A DNA stretch of 64,000 nucleotides from Tubulanus polymorphus (lineage: Eukaryota; Animalia; Nemertea). The stretch is taken from assembly GCF_964204645.1 (NCBI RefSeq), contig NC_134029.1, positions 21,322,950 to 21,386,949 on the forward strand. Direction: 5' to 3'. The position numbers and the translations under genes are program-made. The notes beneath the pieces are model-generated. The model saw only the letters and a program-made list of their open reading frames with translations, was not told where the DNA came from and ran no database searches. Below, piece by piece: positions 1 to 12,325 of the stretch. Every line of letters begins with the position of its first letter. Within the stretch, counting starts at the first letter, position 1.

Positions 1-409
1 CACCTGGCTGGGGGTATTATTCCTGGTACGAATTACCCGTGAACTAAGGCCCATCGTAGGCGTTACATTAGTTAAATCCTAAAACCGCCAAAATTAATTT
101 TCACCGCACAATCCTCTAGAGTCCTGGGGGTCGTCACTTCTGGACTGTGGCTGTTGGTGGTATCATTCCTAGACCCTATGAAAATGACCCTACAGCGTGA
201 AAAATCATTTTTTCGTCGTGCGGAATTTTCAGTAATATGAGATAGCGAAACTCTGTGATAGTGATACAATAAACAGTGATTATAAGGCCGAAAAATTAAT
301 ACCTTGTTTCGTGACAAGGTATCGTTTTTGTTTAGCCTAATGTATAGTTTTTATACAGGTTCTGCAAATGTCTTAATGAATTACGACGATATTTTGTATA
401 TATTTTCAG

Positions 410-601
410 TTATTCATTCAGTCTGGCCAGCCTCCGACCGTGTTGCAGCAGTTGTGTTCGTTGCCGTTCCAGTATTTCAGCGACCCGAAACTGATGAACA
501 TACTTTATCCGACCCTCATCGCCTGTTGCTATGACAACTCGGCCAACCGTGCCATTCTCGAACACGAGCTCAGTTGTGAATTGTTGGCGAACTTTTTGGA
601 G
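410..601 (+). CDS. SCAPER: SCAPER (S-phase cyclin A-associated protein in the ER), third-last coding exon
   Basis: Acceptor tattttcag|TTA and donor GAG|gtgcgt; 192 nt, phase 0-0. Translates [64 protein letters not shown], which matches the SCAPER C-terminal block as I recall it from human ([55 protein letters not shown]). Confidence 0.96.
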
Positions 602-1129
602 GTGCGTATGTATGGTAGATAGGAAATAATTGAATTATCGCTTGCTCGATGCGTAACACGTAACCTTATGAATTCTTTACTGATGGAGGAACTGTAAGCA
701 TGTTGGTTATAAGAGGTTCGCAACTTTGACGATTCAGCGTAAAGAAGGACACGCGATCGATGGTTCGCGGCTTGTAAGATTTTTGTTGAAGGAATGAACC
801 GGTCTTAAGTGAGAAACACGTTCAAGTAAAACATCTAGGTCATATATTTGTTTATTAGAACATAGCGATATTCAGTGCAGCGATATATATCCACCGATGA
901 ATGTGGATTTCATATAAGCGGCTATCGCAGAAGCGTTTTTGCCAGTGTCGGATTAGGACCGCCCCAGCTGTTCGCATCAGCGTCAAATGAGTCCGTGTAT
1001 GTTTGACTTAAGCACGGGTCAAATTATATCCGGTGATCGCTAATTCTTGGTTCTGGAAGTGACTCACCTCACTCGTTTTGATAGTATTTTAGTGTTGAGT
1101 GAGTGGTTTACTTGTAAATGCAGTTATAA

Positions 1130-1423
1130 CAGGGTGGCCACTTAGCTGGAAATCAGGGAAAAGTCAGGGAATTTTCTAATCTTAAGAATAGTCAGACAAT
1201 AGTCAGGGAATTTTGTAAAAAGCTAAAAATCAGGGAACAGTGCAGGCAATTTGTTGATATTGCTACCGTTATATCGTGCGTAAAATCAAACAGTTTCTGT
1301 GAATGTGTCACGTACGTATTTGATCGTGTTAATTGATTGGATTCTTAGCAGATCTGGAAAAACAACGTGCATGCCAGGGAAAAGTCAGGGGGAAAAGCAT
1401 GTCAACTTAAAGTGGCCACCCTT
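1130..1423. mobile_element. MITE family A, copy 1 (CAGGGTGGC ends)
   Basis: TIR cagggtggccactt...aagtggccaccctt; flanking TATAA on both sides; internal repeats of (aag)tcagggaa. Confidence 0.85.
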
Positions 1424-2694
1424 TATAAGCCACAGGTCTAGTCCGGGTCAAATCATCCCCACGTGAAACCATGGCTAAAGAAACCATGGCTAAAGAACGT
1501 ACAACTTTCATATTAAGTTTCTTGGAAGGATAAAAGTTCTGTTACGAGTTGAAACAGGATAGAGTGGGTGACTGGCTGAAACGACGCGAGTTGATCAGGA
1601 AATCTCACACACTCGTCGATAGGTTGACGCGGTACATACGAAATCCTATTTTCATTGTTAGCGCCACCGCCCGCACTCTCCCTTTCTCTTCATCTGAGAA
1701 AACAGGATGAAATTTATGAGATTTTGATGAGGACACACGAACTCACTCACTCACTCGAGTCGAATCTCACTGGTGATGATTTACACAATAACGCAAACAG
1801 CTCGGTATTGTTCATTGATGAAAAATCATGGCGCAATACGACGTGTTTCTCGTCGTAAAGATTACCGACCCCGGCTGCGAGCTTCGTAATTATCAATTTT
1901 GAAATTTACCTTCGTTTAAACGCGTTGTTTATTTCGAAGGCTTTCACCGAGCTTCTACGATGTAATTACGGTATAATTTCGTTTCTGAAAATAAGAAATA
2001 ATTGATGGTTTATACGGAGTACAACTCATCTGGGATGCTTCAGTCATCTGTGTACCGTACTATCACTGATTACACAGCTCCGTGGTTAATGTTGATTCTA
2101 TTTCTGCATTTGTCGAGGGATAAATTTTTTAGTATTCGAATTAAATGTTGATTTCAATTTATTTCGATAATTCAGTCACTAGGAATAAAAAAGATCATAT
2201 TTTCGGTTTTCTTAAAGCTTTTTCGATATCCCGAGCTGTTTTAAGAACCTAGGATCGGAGATACCGACGTAAATTGTTGGCGCCTGTTCGTCGCGGTCCG
2301 CCGCGGTAGAGATTAATTCTAAACAGTAACTCGATCAAATTGTGATTAATATTGAGCCGGTATTTCTGTAGCATCTGGTGTAATATTTGCTCTTCGGCGA
2401 TTGTTTTAACGTTAATCATCTTGACCTAAGGTTTCGATGTTTGTCGAGTGTACTCCACCCATATGCCCCGACAATTCCTGCTTTATCCCGCGCGGCGTTC
2501 CGGGTGTGATTAAATGTCAACAGGGTTTGTCTCGTAGCGGTTATTACAACGAAACAACGAAGATGAGGTTTATGAACGGAATATGATGGATATTTGAGCG
2601 TTCCGTGTAGATGTTACGTATGGAGAGGTGATAGCTGATGAACATCGCTTATGAATTTCATACTGAGCCATCATTTCATGTCTCATGACTAAAC

Positions 2695-2933
2695 CAGGGT
2701 GGCGACTGACCTGGAAAATCAGGGAAAGTCGGGGAATTTGACAAATTTTACCAAAAAGCAGGAAAACTCGGGGAGTTTGGATAATTCTATTGACTACATG
2801 TTTCTTTAAGGAAACGAGATTCAATGAATTGTAACATTCTAAGCCTAGGAATTTCTCCGATTCACTCAAATGAATTGTGTAATCACATGGAAAAATCAGG
2901 GAATTTCTAAATGGGCGGAAATTAGCCACCCTT
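2695..2933. mobile_element. MITE family A, copy 2
   Basis: cagggtggc...gccaccctt ends; flanking TAAAC on both sides; same tcagggaa(ttt) internal repeats as copy 1. Confidence 0.85.
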
Positions 2934-3507
2934 TAAACGACAATAATAATGCCGACAGATGATTACTATGATGTATCTTCTAAAGAAATATTAATCATTT
3001 ATCGTGAGCTGTGATGTATGGGGGGGGGGAAGGGGGGGAGGTAGTGTGAAGTTGAAAAGTTAATGGGTTAGCGAATTTCGTATAGATCCTTTATTCAAGA
3101 CGAGAAGTTTTATCTTCAGGTGGGTGTCAGACTTTGTGTTATTCAACACGGCGGTAGTAGTTTCCGCTGGGCGTCTCGCTCGACGTACAGAAGTGCCCGT
3201 TTGTAATTCGATACCTCATCACACGCGGCGTCGCGCACTTTCGGTCTCTTCTTACTGCGCGAATACGAAGTCACGAAATGTCACCAGACGCGGCGGCACA
3301 TTTTATGCGCGAAGCTTTTAGTATAAGTTCCCGGCGTGTTTAGCTTTCTGATCTCGGCACCGATTATAGATACTGTTTAAATGCACAACTGAATTCTGAA
3401 TTTAAGATTATATTTAATCGAGGCGTGGAAGTGTTTGTCACGTTACTTCTCTTAAGTCACGACGCGTGCCGTGGTCTCTGACCGTCAGATTTGACGTACA
3501 AACCTGG

Positions 3508-4030
3508 CAGGGTCCCCACGACGCTACAACGTCATTTCTTGATTCTTTGAAAGCTTCTAGACGGAAAATGCGTTTTAAGTGAGCTTGAAACTCCTTTAAT
3601 TTTAAAACTCCTTAATTTTTTTTAGAAATAGGCAATTTGGAATTTTTGTAGTACAGTTCGGTTCGGTACAGTTTGGACCAGGGGCCGGTTCCATAGTCAA
3701 GGCTTAAGTCCAAAAGTGGTCTTTAATCTTAAGACTGGTCTTAAGCTGTTAGATTAGCTATGTTACTAAAAAGTCTTAGATTAGTCTTAAGTCTAAGCCA
3801 TGATTATGGAACCGGCCCCAGGATTTTTTTTTTTTACCCAATTAGGTGGTCACCTTAGAAACCGGATTTAATAGCATAAAGGATAAAGTTTTGCTTAAAA
3901 AACCACCAAACAAGATAAACAGTACTGATTTAGGAGTCTACTGTAATTAGGACATGAAATTGATGCATACGCTTCCTTAAAACTCCTTGAAAACTCCTTA
4001 TATCCCGGAATGGCCGATCTGTATGGACCG
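3508..4030. mobile_element. Degraded CAGGG-type non-autonomous DNA element hosting the 3682-3818 MITE
   Basis: Starts cagggtccccacg; aaactcctt repeats on both sides of the nested insert (3588-3613, 3972-4000); right end eroded. Confidence 0.45.
3682..3818. mobile_element. PIF/Harbinger-like MITE with CAG target duplication
   Basis: TIR gggccggttccatagtca / tgattatggaaccggccc; CAG at 3679-3681 and 3819-3821; internal cttaag repeats. Confidence 0.85.
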
Positions 4031-4792
4031 AGCACTGGGAATATCCTGTATGCGTAGAATGTCCAAATGGCATTAACATTTTGCAATGTTCATAAAAACA
4101 ATAAGAAAAGGCATTAGATACATCGGACAAGATTTTATTTCAGTAATTTCTACCTATACTGCGGACAGGTATTGGCTCGTAGTTTTAACAAGATTGATTA
4201 AGATTTTCGATGGGGGAATGCGATCTTTCCGTGGGTCGTAAAAGAAGAATTTCGTCCGCGCTTAAGGACTCGAATCATTGTTAAAGGAGGACGTTTGTAA
4301 AAACGTTTCTCAGACGGCCGATGAAATTGCGCGTAATCATCCAATCGTAACGTTACCGGTAATTACGGACGTTTCTGCGTAAATGGCCGTCGAAGCGGCG
4401 AGGTAAAATCGCGCGTCCACGCTGTTAAAACTACCGTACGAACCGATGATTACCGCGACGTACGGATTACTGGTCTCTCGCGAGTCGTCGACGCGACGTT
4501 AACAATTTCGTAGCGAAAATCACCGGTGTTACCGAGTCCGTGTTTGTTTAATTGCGTATTTTTCGTTGATTCGATTGTTGTAATCAAACGGGAGGCAGTT
4601 CCGTTAGTTTCTGCCCCGGTAATTCGCGCCGAGTTTGATGGCTGAAATTGGACAATCTGTATTTGAAAAATTTCTCATTGTCGTATTAATGATATTACTG
4701 GCATTTTATTTACAAAACCACTTAATTTTGTCTGGAACAGTAAGCTGGTGTATTAAAGTTCCCAAAATCTACGATTAAACAAGCATTTTTGG

Positions 4793-5077
4793 ATAAGGCC
4801 GACCATTCACACATATGCCTAATGGGCCCATCCCTGTTTGACTATGGCGAAATTTGGCGCAACCAAAACCCAACCAGGCCTGAGCCAAATTTTAGCATGG
4901 GTCAAATTATTTCGCGTGAATGCTTACTGGTTGTGGAAGTCTCACTTGCCTCACTTGCCACAGCATTGTTTAGTATTGAGTGAGTGGTTTTTGTGCGAAC
5001 GGGCTAAATTTGACACTGTGTGTCTGATCTGGGCCAATTTAACTGGGGCCAAATGGGTCGCCATGTGATCGTGACTA
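4793..5077. mobile_element. Dispersed repeat family B (old MITE-like), most complete copy
   Basis: Shares tttagt(g/a)ttgagtgagtggttt and gg(t/c)caaatt blocks with ~1010-1480 (split by MITE A copy 1) and, inverted, with ~7817-7925 and 12128-12325. Confidence 0.65.
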
Positions 5078-6190
5078 TTGTCTCAAATGAATGTGTAGCT
5101 TCTTAAAATCACTTGCACTGCGCAGCCTGTTCACAGTTGTTCAACTTAAGAATCGATGTTTCAAAAAGTTTTTGTTTTCCAAACTCCGATGACATTTAGA
5201 CGCGTCTTTCAGCGCGCGTTACGACGCGCGCGCAGCCGGCGGCGGAATTTTTACGTCAGATTTTCTCGATTCTAACGGCCCCCGAGGCGTATCCGATTGA
5301 TCTTCGATGATAATTTCGAACCGGTAGGATAGGATCGCCGCGAGGGTTCGTAAATATAGCCTCACTTTACTTACACCGACACCATTCACCAATTAATAAG
5401 AATTGTTCTAACCATTAAGGCACGTATACGGTCGCCCCGAGGCGCTATTAGGTGCGCTGATAAATTCAATTTGCGTAACATTTCCCGATCATAAATATAT
5501 ATCTACTATATTCGATCGTTATCGATATGATATTCGTGAATTCGTTTAGACGCGTCGCTTTCATTCCCATCGGCGAAATGATCAATATCGAATATCAAAT
5601 ACTTTGCGAGTCTAAAGTCATTCTATTCTGCTTCCTCGTTGCTTTCTAGTTCGTATTTGTGCTCTTGCCGTCTTCTGCTGCTTACCTGACTCGTACTTTT
5701 TCAGTCCGATATTATTTTACCCGTAGAAAGTTGACAACTGCTCTATACCAACTTTCCCAACTACTTCAGATCAGATTTTTGAATTTTAGGAGTGCACACA
5801 TTGATCGTATTGTAACTCAACCGAATAGGGTATGATTACGTATGAGTTGGTGATTATTCAAAAGCTACCTTCGATTGGTTACCTGATTATCTCTGCAAAC
5901 AACTACGAAGATGAGTGAAGACACAATAAGATGAATGTACCAGACAAAATCCCATAATAATTCAGCCAATGATGATTAGTTAACGAGCAATCTTTCCTAT
6001 TAGCCATCATCAGGAGCAGCATTGGTAGTATATACCTGATGATCTTTCGCATTTCTTGCTCTACCCGAAAACATCGTCATGAACCCGATTTTGAATTATT
6101 CAAAAAGTACTCCCAAAAATATACCTGTTCACTGGATTATATTGAAGCACCTTTTAACATTGAATCAGTTGAATTGGCCGAGATATTATT

Positions 6191-6215
6191 TCATCATCAT
6201 CATCATCATCATCAT
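6191..6215. repeat. (CAT)8 microsatellite
   Basis: Direct reading. Confidence 0.9.
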
Positions 6216-7816
6216 TATACCTATGAAATAAAATCTAGTTTATATCGAAATGCAAGGCAACAATCTACGAAATTTTTATCAACGAATTCTACCAAGCAAA
6301 TGTAGAAAGATTATTTGGAATTTTTTCAACTTGTGGCCTTTTTCTGGAACTGGAGCGCGTACTGCAATTCGTTGGCGATATCCGATTGCGACGTCAATTC
6401 GTTCGAGTCCATCATAATTTAGATAATGATAAAAATTAGCCAATTTACCCGAAAGTTGCGCAAGAGTCTAATGGGTAAAGAATCGTTTCTTTTCATCTCT
6501 TGGCGACGACGTTGTTTTGACAGGTTGACGTATCATCAACTCGTCGTCGATTGAACCTCGACTCTTAATGACCGTTATCTGGTATTCGCGCTTCCGTGCG
6601 ACGCCGACGACGCTGTCATATTTTGACAAATATTCTTTAGTTTCGGTTTCAATCTCGAAGTGAAACATCCTGCCATTTTTCATATCGAAAAACGAACGAG
6701 AGAAAGAGAGGGAGGCCGCGTTGTAGGGTATACCGCGATCGTGCTGATGACCAGATATCCTGTATCGGACCATTTTTCATCGCGAAATTGTCGTTATTCA
6801 GACGCGATTTATATTAATTTGTCGTCGAATGCGGACAAGATTTTCGTGATAAATACGACTTTACGATACTATATCGTGCGCATGTATATCGGCGATAATT
6901 GATTTCAATTCGTTTTTATCGCCGATAGTAACATCCTAGCTACTTCAGCGTCTTACTGTTACATTAACTGAGTTTCCCAAACTTCGACTTCAACAAAACA
7001 TTTGACTCATCACTGACTCTATCTGTACTTTGAATTTCGATTTCAAAATCGAATCCCCTGTTGCGTTCCTCCTGTCGGTGTGGTCAGTTTGTAAGGGACA
7101 CCAAATTAGACCAAATCTACCAATCACATGAATAACCGGACCAATCTCTATTCTAAGATAAGAAAAATTCTCATTTTTCATCGAAGAACAGAATCCAAGT
7201 TAGTCCTTTACACTCTGTATTGATTAGCCCTGTGTGTCGCTTCAGGTGACAAGCCCTTCTCATATCGGCCCTTTGATATCCATTCCTTTTGCTGATTTGG
7301 ACCAAACGTCATATTGTTGAAAAGTTGTTTAAGTAGAATTATATCGTTCCCATATTGACCTAAATTTTTGACTCGTTTAGAAAAAAAGAAGACCGCGTTA
7401 ATTGAGTTTGCCGTACTTCATAATTTCTGTCTGGCTTATCAGTCCGATAAAGTAATTAGCGAAGTTCTCCTGTCAGCGCACACTACAGTACACGACTCAC
7501 GAGATATTTATCGTTTATCTATGAAATTTAATTAAATTAGTCCGGCGTAGGTAAGGCCAAAATGCTTCAATATTCAGACGTTTGTTTCTCGCTGATTTGA
7601 TAGGATCGATGTTACGATTCATCGTTTCATATGTATCTATAGCCGGTGGTTTGATTATGATGTAGAATATCTGAATATGCCTGTATGATATTAAATGATA
7701 ATGATGATGTTTGTTTTTATGTAGTGTCATTCTTTTGACAGACTCGAAACAATGTTTTACATAAAACAGAGTAAAGACGATAAAAATAAGTCAATATAAA
7801 ACAATACACTGCTTAT

Positions 7817-7925
7817 AAAGTTGTGATTACACGTGAGTCAAGTGAGTCAAATTTGGCCGAGGACGCGTTCACATGTAAACCACTCACTCGATACTTAACA
7901 ATGCTTAAACGAAGCAAAGTGCGAC
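7817..7925 (-). mobile_element. Family B fragment (inverted)
   Basis: aaaccactcactcgatacttaacaatgc is a close reverse complement of the 4964-4990 block. Confidence 0.6.
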
Positions 7926-9282
7926 ATTTTCGGAATCAGTTGCATAGCACGCAATAATTTGGCTTGGGCCTGGTCCGACGTTTTTGGTGGCCAATTCGCT
8001 ATCTCGCCTAGATTTTGGCAAAAAATTCAATGAAGCAGGACTCGCATGGCTAGATTTAGAGCCTATGTTCTTCCTTGGAATTGGTTTACAGAGGATTGAC
8101 TTATCCAAACCTGAGCGTAGTTGACGGCGTGGGAGTTCGGATCAATATTTAGGTGCTGTAGACAATTTTTTCATTGGTACTCGGAAACTTTGAATCATTT
8201 TTCAGAAATTTACATTCACGCCTCGCCAGACGATATAAGCCGAGAATCGCGAATCGCATGTGTCCACGGTGAAGCGAATACTTGACGCGTTTTATCCTTG
8301 GTTTGATATTTGCTCGGCGTTTTCTGTACGCGCGCCAGCGACAGAGGGGTGAGGGTTGCTGTTGATGTCACTAGGCAAGAATAAAGAGTGACAGCCAGCG
8401 CTGGTTTCTGACTCAAGTATAATTAGTCAACGGACTGTGTTTTAAAAGCCCTCCATTACTGAACCATTAGTAACCTAGGATAAATTTGCTTTCATATCCT
8501 TTCCACGTTCTGCGTAGACACTAAATAATATAGCGCGCGCCGGCGTACAGCGGCGAAATAACCATATCTGTATTAAGCTAGCTCGTACAGAACAGCCCCG
8601 CGCTATCTTCGCATTACCGCTTATTTTCGACGTCGGTAGATTTTCCTCGGAATCGGAAGCCCGTGCCTTGGAATTCATTCCTAAAACCCGCATGAAATTC
8701 CTATAGAGTTCGATATCGAAGTCGATTCCGGTCGCGCGTACGTACGGTCTCGGGGGCTTATTCGCGACGCGCGCGAAAATTGCCGTCGCGCGAATATTTC
8801 CAGCCGAGATTGATATGATTTTGGTGAAAAGTAATTCTATCAATGATAAGGCCATAAAGCGTTTCTACCGGGGCTAACGTCATCTCTCGCCGTAGAATAA
8901 CTACAATATACGGGCTGTGTAATGCACTGCGACAATTGGATTCGTCGACATCAAAAACAAGGCGCCAGACATAAAGATAATATGATGTCTTTATGACTGT
9001 TGTGTGTGCTGTTATTTCTATGCAATCCGATTAGTAAAATGTACCTTGGTAAAATGCGTTCGTTTCGTCAATTTTTATCCTTGGAAATCGGAAATATACC
9101 GGTTATTTGAATAAGGCATTTGCGCGGGTTAGAATGTCGTGTTCGCGAATTTTGTTGTTTGTTTGAAAACGTCGAAGGATGTTTTGCGAGGAAAATATTG
9201 CGTGATTTATTTTTTTTTCATCGCGTTTGTTTGAAATCTATTTTTGAAATTCTAATCGAAAATTATGAAATTCTATTTTCAG

Positions 9283-9352
9283 GAAAAAGATCTAGAATGT
9301 CAGCAGGCTAAATTAACGCCGAGCACTAATGGTAAAAAAACGAAAAGTCAAG
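9283..9352 (+). CDS. SCAPER: SCAPER penultimate coding exon (poorly conserved linker)
   Basis: Acceptor ttctattttcag|GAA and consensus donor CAAG|gtgagt; 70 nt, EKDLECQQAKLTPSTNGKKTKSQ+G. Its phase 0 start fits the upstream exon and its phase 1 end fits the phase 1 start of the 24803 exon; without it the two conserved exons would be out of frame. Confidence 0.85.
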
Positions 9353-9517
9353 GTGAGTTGTCAGATATGGTACAGCGAAATAAAGCTTATTCTATCCAGC
9401 CTGTGTGGTCTTTTCTTAAATTCTTGGTGCAGGGAATTCTACTAAAACCATCAAATTAAAAAGAATAATTTTTTTTCAGTCCTCTAGTCTATTTATCATA
9501 ATCAAAAAAAAAGTTTA

Positions 9518-9841
9518 TCTTGTATGTGATTAGAAACGATTTTTGATAGATTTTCTTCTATCTCTAAAAAAAAAAAATTGATTTTTGATTTGAATTTTTC
9601 CCGTTCTCTCCATTTTAAAATGCCCTTGATAGAAAAAAAGATTCATATCGATTTTCCTTCACCCTTCAATTTTTTCTTGAATGTGATTAGAAATGATTTT
9701 AGATAGATTTTCTTCTACTACCAAAAAAAATTATTTTGAATTTTTTATTTAAATTTTTCTCCCTGTCCCTACATATTGAAATGCCCTTAATAGAAAGAAA
9801 GATTCATATCGATTTTCCTTCACCCTTCAATTTTTTTCTTT
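9518..9841 (+). repeat. Tandem duplication, 2 x ~157-160 bp, AT-rich
   Basis: tgtgattagaaa..gatagattttcttcta..aatgccctt..gattcatatcgattttccttcacccttcaatttttt occurs twice (starting 9525 and 9682). Confidence 0.9.
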
Positions 9842-11334
9842 AAAAAAATCCGTACTCCTAGTGATTAAATGGGATCTTAGAAAAATATATTCACGAGTCG
9901 ACTTTGAATTTTGATCGCGTCACAATTCGGGCTGCCGTGATTCAGTGACGCGGCGCGGTTCTCGATTAATCATCCCCCATCTGGACTGAAATAAAAAACG
10001 CACGTATCTAATCAAATTAACATCGTGTAATACTAGACCAAAAAATCTGCCATCTTAAAATCTCATTACGTGTAATTCTATCCGCGGTCTTACTCTCAGT
10101 CGCGTTGAGAAACTGCCTCCGGTTTGAAATCAGTGTCGGCCTCAAAACTGACGATAATAATTGATGTTGTTTTAATCACTGTCGTTCGTTCGAGGAATTT
10201 TTCACCGAAACTTAAGACGACGCGATTATTATTATTATTATTATTATTTTAGCCAGGAGTCGGTGTTCTGTTTCTCCGAATTGAAAATACCCGGCTGTTT
10301 ATTAGCGCACAATCAGCGGGGTATATTTTTAAAAAAAAGAAGATTTTAAAATCTTCTGTTCGTAATTCTGTTGTTGATCATTTCGGGTCCCGACCTTTTT
10401 TTTTGTCGTCGACGCCTCCGGGGCGTTTTTGGGAAATTCAATACGGTTTTGCCGTCTGTTAAATGCCCGCCGCGCGTTTGACGAAGTTTCAATCTAAAAC
10501 GTCGGCCATTGTTCGCGTGAATTTACTCCGAAGTCCAGTAGTGATTTCATCGCATTCTCGCGGCGCGATAAGTGGATTGTTTTCAAATATATTCAGGTAC
10601 ACCCTCTATACAAACGGCCGGCGATGTTTTCGGATATCTGTGAATTAGACATTTGTTGCGATTGTGCGCGCAACAATTTAAAACTTGTTAAAGTGCCGTT
10701 GAATAAAATGATACATTAACTGAATGTAGTTCTTTATCGGTGTGTTTTGTGTTTTTTTTAACGCAGATCGCACGCCCGTTGTCGGATGGAATTAAAAGTC
10801 GTTCATTAATAGGCGTGGCGTGTTGAGTTGCATTAGATTAAAATGAGTCTGTCCAGCGGCGTTTCCGCCCTCGGGGGTCATGTTTTCGGTAATTAGCGCT
10901 GGGTGGACGGTTTTTCGTCGTTGTGCCCGCTGATTTTGTAAAAACATTTCCACGTATCGAGTAACGGCTTGGCGCTCGTCGCTCGCTTACACGTGTCTCC
11001 TTCCTCGTCGCCATCGGTCTTAAAAATCCGTCGAATCTTCTAGTCGAACTTCGCTGGAAAATACAGAAAAGGCTGACGATTTGATCGAGCGAAATATAAA
11101 AATCATACGTGCGTTAATATTCGTACTAGAAATAGACGAAGAAAACTGAAGTTGAAACTTACGCCGCGCACAAATAACGCATCAGATCTGTGAAGTCAAA
11201 CATCGTATATAAAACGCCTATGAAGATAACATGTATATGTTGCTCAATGCTTGGTATTGTCGACACTCGGCAATGTAATGAAAATAATATGATATGTATT
11301 AAGGTTCAATAAAGTAATTTTGAATTTGAACGAA

Positions 11335-11570
11335 TTGGATCGACCGGCAACAACCAATCGAGCCCCAATATTGATGACGTGGCGCACATCCACCCACACA
11401 CTATCCTAATCGCCATTGAAATCCACCATTGAAAAATACATAAAAATTCTTTAAATAGAAATTAAGAGTCACGCAATTAAATAAAGTTCAAAATATTCAT
11501 GATATTAATTGTTATTTTGAAACGCCAATACTGATGACGTAGTGAACATCCACTCACACAGTACCCCTTA
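11335..11570 (+). repeat. Dispersed repeat family C, copy 1
   Basis: Internal direct repeat ccaata(t/c)tgatgacgt..acatccac.cacac; inverted homologue at 23145-23370. Confidence 0.7.
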
Positions 11571-12127
11571 GATAACGCATAGTTGCAGTTCCTATGGTGT
11601 CAAAAATCATCTCTGTCAAATCTTCGAGTTTGTAAAACTGTTTGAAAAACAGTTGGCTTTTTTGTCGAAAAATATGTTTTCGGTTGTGGAAATGAGGCGC
11701 CGATTCTTGACTTCCACTTAATCACCGTCGTCGTTTTCATTCGTTTCGCTGATGAGTTCTAATTGTGATATTTATTTACGGCGCTATATCCCGCGCCAGT
11801 TGCGTTCAATCAGAAACGCGGGGGATGAAAAATTTCTCCCTCTTTCTCGAATGTTTGTTCATGGATTTCAGTCCAATATTGACCCGAGTTAAATTGGAAA
11901 GTATTCGGAGACCGAGCCGTTTCCCATTTCCAGCTGTAATTGTTATTTGTCCTCCTCGGTGAAATTCGCATTGAAAAAATCTGTTTGAATTTCATATCGC
12001 AGTCGAATCGTCTGATTAAACATCGCTGCTGAACTGATTGCAGCTGAAATTTACAAATTCATCATTCATTCGGTCATTACCATGAATAGACCTTCTTCTC
12101 TTACTTGAAGTTGACTTGGACCTTGAT

Positions 12128-12325
12128 AGCCCCGCGATTACACGGAGACGATTTGACCTGGGCCAAATTGGCACTGATCAAGCCCGAGTCAAATTCGGCC
12201 CGTTTCTAGTTAGAGAGCGAGTTCGCACGTATAAAGAGCACTAAGCAATGTTTAAAGCGAAATGAGTCACGAAATTTGGCCCGGACCAAACACTAAACTG
12301 AAACTGAAACTGCGATCACGGCTTA
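12128..12325 (-). mobile_element. Family B copy (inverted)
   Basis: Reverse complement of 12128-12205 aligns by eye with 4998-5077; ends tagccccgcgattaca / tgcgatcacggctta form an imperfect TIR. Confidence 0.6.

Noticed and set aside
304-534. 76-aa ORF overlapping the SCAPER exon
   Set aside because: Alternative frame; the SCAPER-matching frame is the one starting at 410.
6039-6305. ORF with a His8 run
   Set aside because: The His run is a (CAT)8 microsatellite; no recognisable homology or convincing splice sites.
8475-8855. 126-aa minus-strand ORF
   Set aside because: No recognisable domain; stop-poor because the region is CpG/GC-rich.
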